64,000 nucleotides of DNA from Arcanobacterium sp. (GTDB lineage Bacteria > Actinomycetota > Actinomycetes > Actinomycetales > Actinomycetaceae): assembly GCA_022778805.1 (NCBI GenBank), contig JALFSN010000006.1, forward strand, positions 153,008-217,007, in the 5' to 3' direction. The position numbers and the translations under genes were made by a program. Under the pieces are notes generated by a model. That model was not told where the DNA came from. It worked only from the letters and a program-made list of their open reading frames with translations, and made no database searches. Below are positions 9,281 through 19,118 of this stretch, piece after piece. The stretch's first letter is position 1. Each line of letters begins with the position of its first letter.

Positions 9281-9856
9281 TCAGGCCTCGCCACATCGGC
9301 ACACAGACTCATCCCAACCAGCGAGCGCGAGCGCCTCATCCCCCACGGGGCATACCCCTTCGCCGGCGGCGAGCGCATATCCAGCTAATGCGTGCAAACA
9401 TTTCACCCGATCGGGCATGCCACCGGCAGAACGCTGGGCGATTTCTGGCACCTGGGCAAGGATGGCTCGGCGTTCCACATAGCTGCGGTGAGCTGCGCGG
9501 TGATGGGCGGCCAGCTCTGGGCTGTAGGTCTCACTGTCCACGCGCAGCCGTTCGTTGAACGGCTCCATTCCGCCGCTGCTCTCTATACGTGAAATTTCGC
9601 GCACGAGCCACGGCAGGCTCAGGTAAAACAGCGTGGGGAATGGAGAGCCATCTCCTAAGCGTGGATACGTAATCGTGACGGCGGGGCGCCCGCAGGCGCA
9701 GCGCGCACCGATTCCCACCAAGCCACGCGGATAGCGGTCGAGCTGGCGTGTAATCTCTTCCACGTCACCTGGGCGAATTTCGGAAGCGTTTGCCGCCACG
9801 CGGCGAAGCACATCCAGGCTAAAACTTGGGGGTGGGACGGTATCATATTTTTTCAC
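9281..9856 (-). CDS. DUF501 domain protein
   Basis: 191 aa with a GTG start. It occupies the conserved position between ftsB and ppx and carries the Cys-rich pattern typical of DUF501. Confidence 0.7.
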   Translation of the reverse strand: MKKYDTVPPPSFSLDVLRRVAANASEIRPGDVEEITRQLDRYPRGLVGIGARCACGRPAVTITYPRLGDGSPFPTLFYLSLPWLVREISRIESSGGMEPFNERLRVDSETYSPELAAHHRAAHRSYVERRAILAQVPEIAQRSAGGMPDRVKCLHALAGYALAAGEGVCPVGDEALALAGWDESVCRCGEA

Positions 9857-9970
9857 GTCTGCTCTTCACTTCTGCTCGTCTTGTGTCTGTTCGGTATGTT
9901 CGCTTACGCTGTGCGGCTCACGCTCGCGCGCGCAATGCTCGTACGTGGGCACGGCACGCTCGTCTGCGCG

Positions 9971-10037
9971 ATTTTCACTCACGAATTTTTTTGCTCATTT
10001 CGCTCACGAATTCTTTGCTCGCGATTTTTTGCTCACG
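9971..10037. repeat. Degenerate tandem array (about 5 units of 12-15 nt) of T-tract + GCTCACG
   Basis: attttcactcacg / aatttttttgctc / atttcgctcacg / aattctttgctcgcg / attttttgctcacg, in the ftsB-DUF501 intergenic region. Confidence 0.6.
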
Positions 10038-10076
10038 CAGCAGTATAACCGCCATTTCTCTCGCCACCGGCGACAG

Positions 10077-10967
10077 CTAGTTCCCAGAGCCGCTCTCTTT
10101 GTCTGCGCTCGTGCTCGCTTTGTCTGTAGCGGGAGCTTTATCTGCATCCGTGTCCGCTTTGTCTGCTGCAGGGGCGTCGCCGGAGATGACGGGTACCCCC
10201 TGTGGATTCTGTGCAGAGCCGACTTGCCCCGCTATCACTATTGAGTCCCACATCGTCATATAGAACGGTGTGGCCGCCCTCCGCTCTTTATTTGCCTGGG
10301 CGATGCGCTGCTCTCCGCTCGCCGCGCTCTGCGCCTGTTTGCCCGTCACGTAGTAGAGTGTCTGCCCTGGCATCACGTATCCCAGCCGCTGGCGCGCCTG
10401 AGATTGCACGTACTGCGGATCGTTCCACAGGGCAATCGCATCGTTTAATTCGCTGATATGTTCCCTGCGAGCTGCCAGCTCATCGTTCAAGCTGCGGAGT
10501 TGCTCCTGCTGAGTGATAAACGCGCGCAGCGGCGTCATGACGATGAGCACAGCGATAGCTGCAAAAGCCAGGATGGCCAACATACGCAGCGAGATTTGGT
10601 GACTCTTTTTCTGCCCCTCCCACATGATACGCCAGTCTGTACGGCCGTGGGCGCCGGTGTGCTCTGCCGTGTGCGCGTAGTTTTGCTCAGGGCGCGAATA
10701 GTCCGTATGTGACTGGCCAGGGCGCGAGTAGCTCTGCGCGGCGGCGGCTTCGCGCTCCTCAGCTGCTTTGCTCACTCTGGGCTGGCCACCTCGGCGTCTT
10801 GCCGCCCAGGCGCCGCGCTCTACGCGCCCACGCTCGACTCCCCGACCTTCGGGGCGCCCACGGCGTTCACCCCGCTGATGTGCAGCGCTGGCATCTACAG
10901 CTGGCGCGCGCACGCCGTCATGGCCGTCATGATGGACATGCGGCTGGGGAGGACGACGAACACTCAT
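10077..10967 (-). CDS. ftsB: Septum formation initiator FtsB/DivIC family protein with Arg-rich N-terminal extension
   Basis: 296 aa with one TM (LRMLAILAFAAIAVLIV), then the coiled coil QEQLRSLNDELAARREHISELNDAIALWNDPQYVQSQARQRLGYV. The start is uncertain and the mRNA may be leaderless. Confidence 0.8.
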   Translation of the reverse strand: MSVRRPPQPHVHHDGHDGVRAPAVDASAAHQRGERRGRPEGRGVERGRVERGAWAARRRGGQPRVSKAAEEREAAAAQSYSRPGQSHTDYSRPEQNYAHTAEHTGAHGRTDWRIMWEGQKKSHQISLRMLAILAFAAIAVLIVMTPLRAFITQQEQLRSLNDELAARREHISELNDAIALWNDPQYVQSQARQRLGYVMPGQTLYYVTGKQAQSAASGEQRIAQANKERRAATPFYMTMWDSIVIAGQVGSAQNPQGVPVISGDAPAADKADTDADKAPATDKASTSADKESGSGN

Positions 10968-10983
10968 GGGTACAGTCTAAAAC

Positions 10984-11029
10984 AAAATGGAGACTGCCCA
11001 GAAAGAGCAGCCTCCATTTTGGATTTTTT
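10984..11029 (-). terminator. Intrinsic terminator downstream of eno (U-tracts on both strands)
   Basis: 14-bp stem AAAATGGAGACTGC / GCAGCCTCCATTTT with one mismatch. It is followed by TTTTGTTTTAG on the minus strand and GGATTTTTT on the plus strand. Confidence 0.7.
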
Positions 11030-11163
11030 CACAGCTGAGATTCACAGCGGAAAATCGCTCATGCGCTCCCGCATTGCTCCGGCGTCACGCGCCGCACACC
11101 CAATTCGGCATCAGGATAGCCACATCAGGATAGCGGACGCCACGCACAGCAGCTGGGAGATCT

Positions 11164-12483
<1,320 letters not shown>

Positions 12484-12636
12484 TTAACGCGCATTCCACC
12501 CTAAAGAATCCGGTCTTTTGGCACGGTTTGCTAAATCACACTCTTTGGTACCACCTATCAGAGCAATTTTCGCAATTTTGCAGATTCCTGCGCCTACCCA
12601 ATCGCATCTAGCCCCGAGCGTATCTCGCTCATATCG

Positions 12637-15600
12637 CTATGACGCGATGAAAAGGGCGTGGATAAATTGCTCGACGAAATCCATCGCAGCGTCGTTGCTC
12701 ACCAGTTTGCCGCTCCCGCCGCCGAGTTTAATGCCCGTGGTGCTTTCCTCTTCTGGAAGCGGCACCAGAATCACACGAACGGCAGCTTTCGTGACGGCGC
12801 GCGGATAGAGACGCCGTAAACGCACGTGCCGAGAGTCAGCCAACTCCACCGGAGCGAAGCGCACATTCCGCCCCTGTAGCGTAATCTCTGAGATGCCGAC
12901 GCTCGCCGCACGTTCGCGCAGCTGTGCGAGCCGGAAGAGCCGATTCACTTCAGGGGGAATGACGCCGTAACGATCGACCAATTCCGCACGCACGTCACTG
13001 CGTTCATCATCCGATCGGGTGGCGGCGATTTTCGCATAGATTTCAAGCCGCAGACGTTCACTCGCCACCCACTCTTGCGGCACGTATGCATCAATCGGCA
13101 GTTCAATACGCACATCGCCAGATTCGACTGGCTCCTGTGCCGCCAGATTGTACGCAGCCGCAGATGCCGCAGAGCCAGTGGCATCCGCATCCGCGAGCGC
13201 CGCAGCACGTTTGCGTTTATCTTGGCCGGTGAGCTGCGCCACTGCTTCCCCAACCATTCGGATATAGAGATCGAATCCCACACCGGCGATATGCCCGCTC
13301 TGTTCGCCACCGAGCAGATTTCCAGCCCCTCGAATCTCCAAATCTTTCAGCGCCACTTGAATGCCCGCTCCCAGCTCCGTATGCGAAGCAATCGTGCGCA
13401 AACGCTCGATGGCCGTCTCCGTCATCGACTGGCCGGCAGGATAGAGGAAATACGCATAGGCGCGCTCGCGCCCGCGCCCCACGCGTCCGCGGAGCTGATG
13501 CAGCTGTGACAGCCCAAATTTGTGCGCGTCTTCCACAATCAGCGTATTGGCATTCGCAATATCGAGGCCAGTCTCCACAATCGTGGTGCACACCAGCACG
13601 TCAATCTCTTTGTGCCAGAACTGCTCAATCACCCCAGCTAGCTGCGCTTCGCTCATCTTGCCGTGAGCCACGCCGATGCGTGCTTCAGGCACTAATTCGG
13701 CCAGCTGAGCTGCCCGTTTATAGATGCTCTGGGTACGGTTGTGCACATAGAACACTTGCCCTTCGCGCAGTAGTTCACGCTTAATCGCGGCGCTCACCTG
13801 TTTGCTCTCCCACGCCCCCACATACGTGAGGATGGGGTGGCGTTCTTCAGGAGGCGTGGCCAGCGTGCTCATCTGACGAATCCCCGTCACGGCCATTTCC
13901 AGCGTGCGCGGAATCGGAGTGGCGCTCATAGCGAGCACGTCTACTGCGGGATAGAGCTGTTTGAGCGTCTCTTTGTGTTCGACGCCGAAGCGCTGTTCTT
14001 CGTCGATGACGACGAGCCCGAGATCTTTGAAACGGACGTCCCCCGTGAGCAGTTTGTGCGTGCCAATCACCACGTCGATCGTGCCGTCTTTGAGACCTTT
14101 CACCACGGCAGCTGTCTCTTTCTCGCTCTGGAAGCGCGAGAGGCTCTCCACTCTTACGGGAAATCCGGCGTAACGATCTCTAAACGTCTCCAGATGTTGC
14201 TGCACGAGCAAGGTGGTGGGAGCCAGCACGGCCACCTGCTTGTGGTCCATCACAGCCTTAAATGCTGCCCGCACGGCGATTTCCGTCTTCCCGTAGCCCA
14301 CGTCTCCGCTGATGAGCCTGTCCATTGGCTCAGGAGATTCCATATCGCGCTTCACATCTTCGATTGTGGAGAACTGATCGGGGGTCTCGACGAATTCAAA
14401 AGCGTCTTCTAGCTCTCGCTGCCAGGGAGTATCGGGAGAGAATGCGTGGCCTTTCGTGGCGCGGCGCTGAGCGTAGAGGCGAATGAGCTCTTTGGCAATC
14501 TGGCGCACTGCTGCACGTGCTTTAGATTTTGTGCGCGCCCAATCGGCTCCCCCCATTTTATTGAGCCCAGGAGCGTCTCCACCTGCATATTTGCTCACCT
14601 GATCGAGCTGATCCGTGGGCACCCAGAGTTGATCGCGCGGCTCGCCGCGTTTGCTGGGAGCATATTCAATGACGACGTACTCCCGCTGCGTGCCTTCCGA
14701 ACCGCCGAGCGAGCGCTTGGCGAGCTTCACGAATTGCCCCACGCCATGGCGTTCGTGCACCACGTAGTCCCCAGGGTGAAGTTGGAGCGGATCGACGCCT
14801 TTTTTACGCCGCTTCGGCATGGCTGACGTGCCCGATCTATTCGCGCGAGCATCGCTGCGCCGCCGCGAGACGATGTCTTCTGCTACCCAGACTGCCAGCT
14901 GCGGAGTATCCGCTATAAACCCAGCAGCGGCCGGCGCCGCCGTCACATATACCACGCCAGCGGTGAGTTCACGTGGCAAATCTGCCTCGTAGCGAGCGGG
15001 GATGTCGGCATCGGCCAGCTGTGCCGTAAAACGTTTTGCCAATCCTGCGCCGCCAGCCAGCACCACTTGGTACCACTGCTGCCGAGCGAGCTTTCCAAGC
15101 TGGACTAACGCACTCTCGACGTCGCCCGCAAAATTCTGTGGTTCGCGCAACGCCCCTACAAGTGCGCCATCGGCGTCGACATCATCCCCGTCGATGCTAC
15201 CCGTATCAGAGATATTTGCACCGCCAGCTACCGCACCGCCAGCTACTCCAGCAAAACTCCCCAGCGTCCACCAGGCGAGTCCTGCCGCACGCGCTTCCGC
15301 TTCGGTCTGGGCAACAGTGGAGAATGACGCCGTATTCACCGTGAGCGGCACCTCGCCACCAGCAGCCGCTGCGCTCCAGGCGGCAGCCAAAAATTCATCA
15401 GAGGTAGCTAGGAGCGATTCAGCGCGTGCCTGCAACCGTTCGGGCTGCGTGCATATAATCCGTGAGCCGCTGGGCAGATCGTGCACCAGCGAGTGCATTG
15501 ACTCGGCCAGAATCGGAGCGAGCGATTCCATGCCCTCCACTGCGATGCCGTGAGCTAGCTTGATGAGCATATCGGCAGCTCCAGGAAAATCTGGAATCGC

Positions 15601-16338
15601 TGCTGCAGCGCGGGCGCGCACCGCATCCGTGAGCAAAATTTCTCGGCATGGCGGGGCATAAAGATCGCGGCGATCTTCCATGGAGCGCTGATCGGCCACT
15701 GCAAAACTGCGGATGCTCTCCACCTCATCGCCAAAGAATTCAAGGCGCAGCGGATGCGGCTCCGTGGGCGGAAAGACGTCGATAATTCCGCCACGCACAG
15801 CAAATTGGCCGCGCGATTCCACCATATCGACGCGCTCATACGCCGCGGCAATCAGCTGCTGACCCAACTGGTCAAAATCGATGACGTCCCCGACGCGTAC
15901 GCGCACGGGATGCATGTCACCCAAGCCAACTACCACGGGTTGCAGCAGCGCCCGCACTGGCATTGCCAGCACGCGCAGCGGCGGAAATTCTTCAGGATGC
16001 GCCAGCCGGCGGAGCACTTTGAGCCGGCGAGCTACGGTGTCTGAACGCGGCGAAAGGCGTTCATGCGGCAGCGTCTCCCACGAAGGGAAGACGTCAATCG
16101 CTTCAGCAGGTATATATGCCGTCAGCTGTGCAGCGAGATCGTCGGCGTCACGCCCGCTCGGCGTCACTACTACCTGCAGTCGCCCGCCGGAATATTCATC
16201 TGCTGCCAGCAGTGCCGTCATCGCTGGAATAGCTCCAAGAGGCGCTGGGATAGTGGCGTCCGAATCGTTCGCAATATCAGCAAGATTCACGCTCTGAGCC
16301 AGCAATGGCAGCAGTGCACGCAGATTCATGGCAGGCAC
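12637..16338 (-). CDS. mfd: Transcription-repair coupling factor
   Basis: 1233 aa. Contains a UvrB-homology region, a CarD/RNAP-interacting domain, superfamily-2 helicase motifs (GDVGYGKTE, DEEQRFG) and a TRG/C-terminal domain. Confidence 0.95.
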   Translation of the reverse strand: MPAMNLRALLPLLAQSVNLADIANDSDATIPAPLGAIPAMTALLAADEYSGGRLQVVVTPSGRDADDLAAQLTAYIPAEAIDVFPSWETLPHERLSPRSDTVARRLKVLRRLAHPEEFPPLRVLAMPVRALLQPVVVGLGDMHPVRVRVGDVIDFDQLGQQLIAAAYERVDMVESRGQFAVRGGIIDVFPPTEPHPLRLEFFGDEVESIRSFAVADQRSMEDRRDLYAPPCREILLTDAVRARAAAAIPDFPGAADMLIKLAHGIAVEGMESLAPILAESMHSLVHDLPSGSRIICTQPERLQARAESLLATSDEFLAAAWSAAAAGGEVPLTVNTASFSTVAQTEAEARAAGLAWWTLGSFAGVAGGAVAGGANISDTGSIDGDDVDADGALVGALREPQNFAGDVESALVQLGKLARQQWYQVVLAGGAGLAKRFTAQLADADIPARYEADLPRELTAGVVYVTAAPAAAGFIADTPQLAVWVAEDIVSRRRSDARANRSGTSAMPKRRKKGVDPLQLHPGDYVVHERHGVGQFVKLAKRSLGGSEGTQREYVVIEYAPSKRGEPRDQLWVPTDQLDQVSKYAGGDAPGLNKMGGADWARTKSKARAAVRQIAKELIRLYAQRRATKGHAFSPDTPWQRELEDAFEFVETPDQFSTIEDVKRDMESPEPMDRLISGDVGYGKTEIAVRAAFKAVMDHKQVAVLAPTTLLVQQHLETFRDRYAGFPVRVESLSRFQSEKETAAVVKGLKDGTIDVVIGTHKLLTGDVRFKDLGLVVIDEEQRFGVEHKETLKQLYPAVDVLAMSATPIPRTLEMAVTGIRQMSTLATPPEERHPILTYVGAWESKQVSAAIKRELLREGQVFYVHNRTQSIYKRAAQLAELVPEARIGVAHGKMSEAQLAGVIEQFWHKEIDVLVCTTIVETGLDIANANTLIVEDAHKFGLSQLHQLRGRVGRGRERAYAYFLYPAGQSMTETAIERLRTIASHTELGAGIQVALKDLEIRGAGNLLGGEQSGHIAGVGFDLYIRMVGEAVAQLTGQDKRKRAAALADADATGSAASAAAYNLAAQEPVESGDVRIELPIDAYVPQEWVASERLRLEIYAKIAATRSDDERSDVRAELVDRYGVIPPEVNRLFRLAQLRERAASVGISEITLQGRNVRFAPVELADSRHVRLRRLYPRAVTKAAVRVILVPLPEEESTTGIKLGGGSGKLVSNDAAMDFVEQFIHALFIAS

Positions 16339-17034
16339 TCACTTCCCAGTGCGCGTGGAACGGTCGCGCCCTGCGCCGCGCGCAGCTGTAGCAGATTGAC
16401 TGCGTGCGGCAGTTTCAGCTCGATTGGCAGTATGAAGCCGCATCGTGGCAGCTTCCAGGCCATGCTCTAGCACATCGCGCACGGCGTCAGCAGCCTGAGC
16501 GATAATAAACGGCAACTCCTTACGCTCCGTAGCCGAAAAAGTGCTGAGCACAAAGTCTGCCGGATCTTGCCTCCCTGCTGGGCGCCCAATGCCGACGCGC
16601 ATACGGATGTAGTTCTTGGTGCCCAGTGACGCCGAAATTGAGCGCAGGCCATTATGCCCGCCCTCGCCGCCACCGCGTTTGAGACGTAGGGTGCCAAAAG
16701 GCAGATCCAGATCGTCGTGAATCACGATGAGATGCTCGGGAGTGCCGTGAAAATATCTCATCAGTGAACTGACTGGTGTGCCGCTGGTGTTCATAAACGA
16801 AGTGGAAACGGCAAAAATGACCTGCTCACCGCTCACCCCAGGAGCTGCCGTGAGGCGAGCGGAAGCAGCCATCGTGTTGGATTGTTTGTGCAGTGAGAGT
16901 TTCGTGCCTACGCCAGAGACCAGTTCGTCGATCACCATATGCCCGATATTGTGCCGCGTGTGGGCGTAGCGCTCCCCTGGATTGCCCAGCCCAACGACGA
17001 AAGACACTGTACTTTCGGCCACGAAACTCCTCAT
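16339..17034 (-). CDS. pth: Peptidyl-tRNA hydrolase (with Ala/Arg-rich C-terminal extension)
   Basis: 231 aa with VGLGNPGERYAHTRHNIGHMV and HDDLDLPFGTLRLKRGGGEGGHNGLRS motifs. The stop abuts the mfd start. Confidence 0.9.
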   Translation of the reverse strand: MRSFVAESTVSFVVGLGNPGERYAHTRHNIGHMVIDELVSGVGTKLSLHKQSNTMAASARLTAAPGVSGEQVIFAVSTSFMNTSGTPVSSLMRYFHGTPEHLIVIHDDLDLPFGTLRLKRGGGEGGHNGLRSISASLGTKNYIRMRVGIGRPAGRQDPADFVLSTFSATERKELPFIIAQAADAVRDVLEHGLEAATMRLHTANRAETAARSQSATAARGAGRDRSTRTGK

Positions 17035-17098
17035 TGCTCCTCACCGCTCAGCGCGTGACGACGCACTATTGAGCGGACTCTTCATTATTTGGCAGCTC

Positions 17099-17701
17099 TT
17101 ACTCGGCAGCCTCTGATGCAGCTTCCTCATCCGGAGCCGAAGCTGCTTCTTCTTCAGCCTCTGGCTCTCGTGGCACAGCCACCGTCACCGCTACCTCTTC
17201 GCCGTCTACTTCCGCGATGACGTCAGCTGGCAGCTCCAGATCGGATACGTGCAGCACAGTGCCATCTTCGAGACCCTCTACGTTGATGACGATCTGCTCT
17301 GGGATGTCGGTAGCTGGAGCCTGCACCAGCAGGTGGAGAAGCTCCAGCGTGGCGATGGCCTGACCGAACGGAACGCCCGTCAGCTCCAGCGGCACCTCCA
17401 CTTCCACTTTCTGATCGGCTTTCACGCGCAGCAAATCGACGTGTTCAATCTCGCGCGAGAGCGGGTTGATCTGCACATCCTTGACCAGAGCGAGCTGCTT
17501 TTTCCCGCCCACTTCCAGGGTGAGCACAGCGTTCGCATTCGAGCGAACTTCCATAAAAATCTCATGCGCATCAAACGTAATATGTGCCGGATCTTCTCCC
17601 AGACCGTACACAACCGCCGGTGTACGCCCTGCTGCGCGCAGCTTACGGGCCGCGCCTTTTCCAAACGCATCGCGCTTTTCTGCTTTGATTGCATCTGCCA
17701 T
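17099..17701 (-). CDS. rplY: 50S ribosomal protein L25 / general stress protein Ctc
   Basis: 200 aa with an L25/Ctc N-terminal domain (RKLRAAGRTPAVVYG) and an acidic C-terminal tail. Conserved pth-ctc-prs order. Confidence 0.9.
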   Translation of the reverse strand: MADAIKAEKRDAFGKGAARKLRAAGRTPAVVYGLGEDPAHITFDAHEIFMEVRSNANAVLTLEVGGKKQLALVKDVQINPLSREIEHVDLLRVKADQKVEVEVPLELTGVPFGQAIATLELLHLLVQAPATDIPEQIVINVEGLEDGTVLHVSDLELPADVIAEVDGEEVAVTVAVPREPEAEEEAASAPDEEAASEAAE

Positions 17702-17983
17702 GATGGCCTCCTTTTCATCTCTCTATCTCAGCCTCTGTGCGGAGGCTAAGCGTGAAAAGCATGCCATCGAGCGATCACGCCCAATCGCGCAGCGCCTCAT
17801 ACAACGTCCATACAACGCGCCGTTTCGCATTCTCATGCCCGCCGCCGCGTCGATCACGGAACACGTGTGCTCTCTTTCAAACACCTCGCTTGCAGCCCGA
17901 AACGGCTCGCCGCCGCATCTGCGCCATTCCCTCGCCGAGGCAACAGCACTAGCGTATCGCGCTCATGGCTGGCTCCCAAGCGG

Positions 17984-18030
17984 TAAAAAGAAATGTGGGC
18001 AAGACCGCCGTTGCTGGCAGCTGCCCACAT
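17984..18030 (-). terminator. Intrinsic terminator downstream of prs
   Basis: On the minus strand: 9-bp stem ATGTGGGCA / TGCCCACAT followed by TTCTTTTTACC. Confidence 0.7.
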
Positions 18031-18128
18031 CACGTGCTGACGCGCGAAGCCTCTAGAGAGCAAGGCTCCTAAAAACTCCTACAGAAACCACGTTCTCTAG
18101 CAACTCACGTGCAGACAGCACAGGGAAT

Positions 18129-19109
18129 TTAGTACGCCCCGCTGAACAGCGACGTCACCGAACCGTCATTAAAGACCTCTTCAATCGCTCGGGCGATCAC
18201 CGGCGCAATCGAGAGCACCGTGAGCTGTGGGAACCGCTTCTCGGCGCAGATGGGCAGTGTGTCCGTCACCACCACTTCGCGCACCCCAGATTCAGCTAGC
18301 AACCGCGGAGCCGGATCAGAGAAAACACCGTGAGTGGCCGCAATCATGACGTCTTTCGCTCCAGCTTCCAGCACCACTCGCACCGCTCCGGCAATCGTGC
18401 CGCCAGTGTCGATCAGATCATCGACGATGACGGCGGTGCGGCCAGCGACGTCACCCACAACGCGGTTGGCCGTCGCCTGATTTGGCCTGGTGATATCGCG
18501 CGTCTTATGCACGAACGCCAGCGGGATCCCCCCTAGGCGCATCGCCCACTGCTCTGCCACCTTGATACGGCCGGCATCAGGCGAGACCAGCACCGATTCG
18601 AGCGGATTGACCCGCTCCCGCACATACTCCACCAGCGTTGGCATGGCCCACAGGTGGTCTACTGGGCCATCGAAAAAGCCCTGCGTCTGCGACGCGTGCA
18701 GATCCACGCTCATAATGCGATCTGCCCCTGCCGTATAAAACAAATCCGCCATCAGACGGGCGGAGATAGGCTCGCGGCCTTTGTGTTTCTTATCCTGGCG
18801 GGCATAAGGATACATCGGGAGAACAGCCGTAATACGTTTAGCGGAAGCGCGCTTAGCAGCATCCACCATAATGAGCGCTTCCATCACCCACTTGTTCACC
18901 GGCTCCGTCATCGACTGGATGATAAACACATCCGAGCCACGAATCGACTCTTCATAACGCACGTAGATTTCTGAATTAGCGAAGTCGTACGCCGTCACCG
19001 GCACCAGCTCAGTATCGAGCTCTTTAGCCACTGCTTCAGCCAAAGCTGGATGCGCACGGCCTGAAGCGATCACGAGATGTTTAGCACCGTTCGCATGAAT
19101 TCCCGTCAT
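18129..19109 (-). CDS. prs: Ribose-phosphate pyrophosphokinase
   Basis: 326 aa with a PRPP-binding loop (VIVDDLIDTGGT) and full-length Prs similarity. Confidence 0.95.
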   Translation of the reverse strand: MTGIHANGAKHLVIASGRAHPALAEAVAKELDTELVPVTAYDFANSEIYVRYEESIRGSDVFIIQSMTEPVNKWVMEALIMVDAAKRASAKRITAVLPMYPYARQDKKHKGREPISARLMADLFYTAGADRIMSVDLHASQTQGFFDGPVDHLWAMPTLVEYVRERVNPLESVLVSPDAGRIKVAEQWAMRLGGIPLAFVHKTRDITRPNQATANRVVGDVAGRTAVIVDDLIDTGGTIAGAVRVVLEAGAKDVMIAATHGVFSDPAPRLLAESGVREVVVTDTLPICAEKRFPQLTVLSIAPVIARAIEEVFNDGSVTSLFSGAY

Positions 19110-19118
19110 TATGATGTC

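Noticed and set aside
9971-10037. CRISPR-like array (also the repeat clusters at 24264-24342, 38834-38886, 43324-43388 and 51304-51656)
   Set aside because: The units are 12-24 nt, degenerate, contiguous or irregularly spaced, without unique spacers of 25-40 nt, and no cas genes are present.
13837-15553. Plus-strand ORFs of 183-191 aa within mfd
   Set aside because: They are antisense to mfd and have shadow-frame composition. The helicase motifs are on the minus strand.
17737-18063. Small ORFs (71 aa plus strand, 69 aa minus strand) in the prs-ctc spacer
   Set aside because: Neither has an RBS. Both have Arg/Ser/Pro-rich improbable translations, and one spans the prs terminator.
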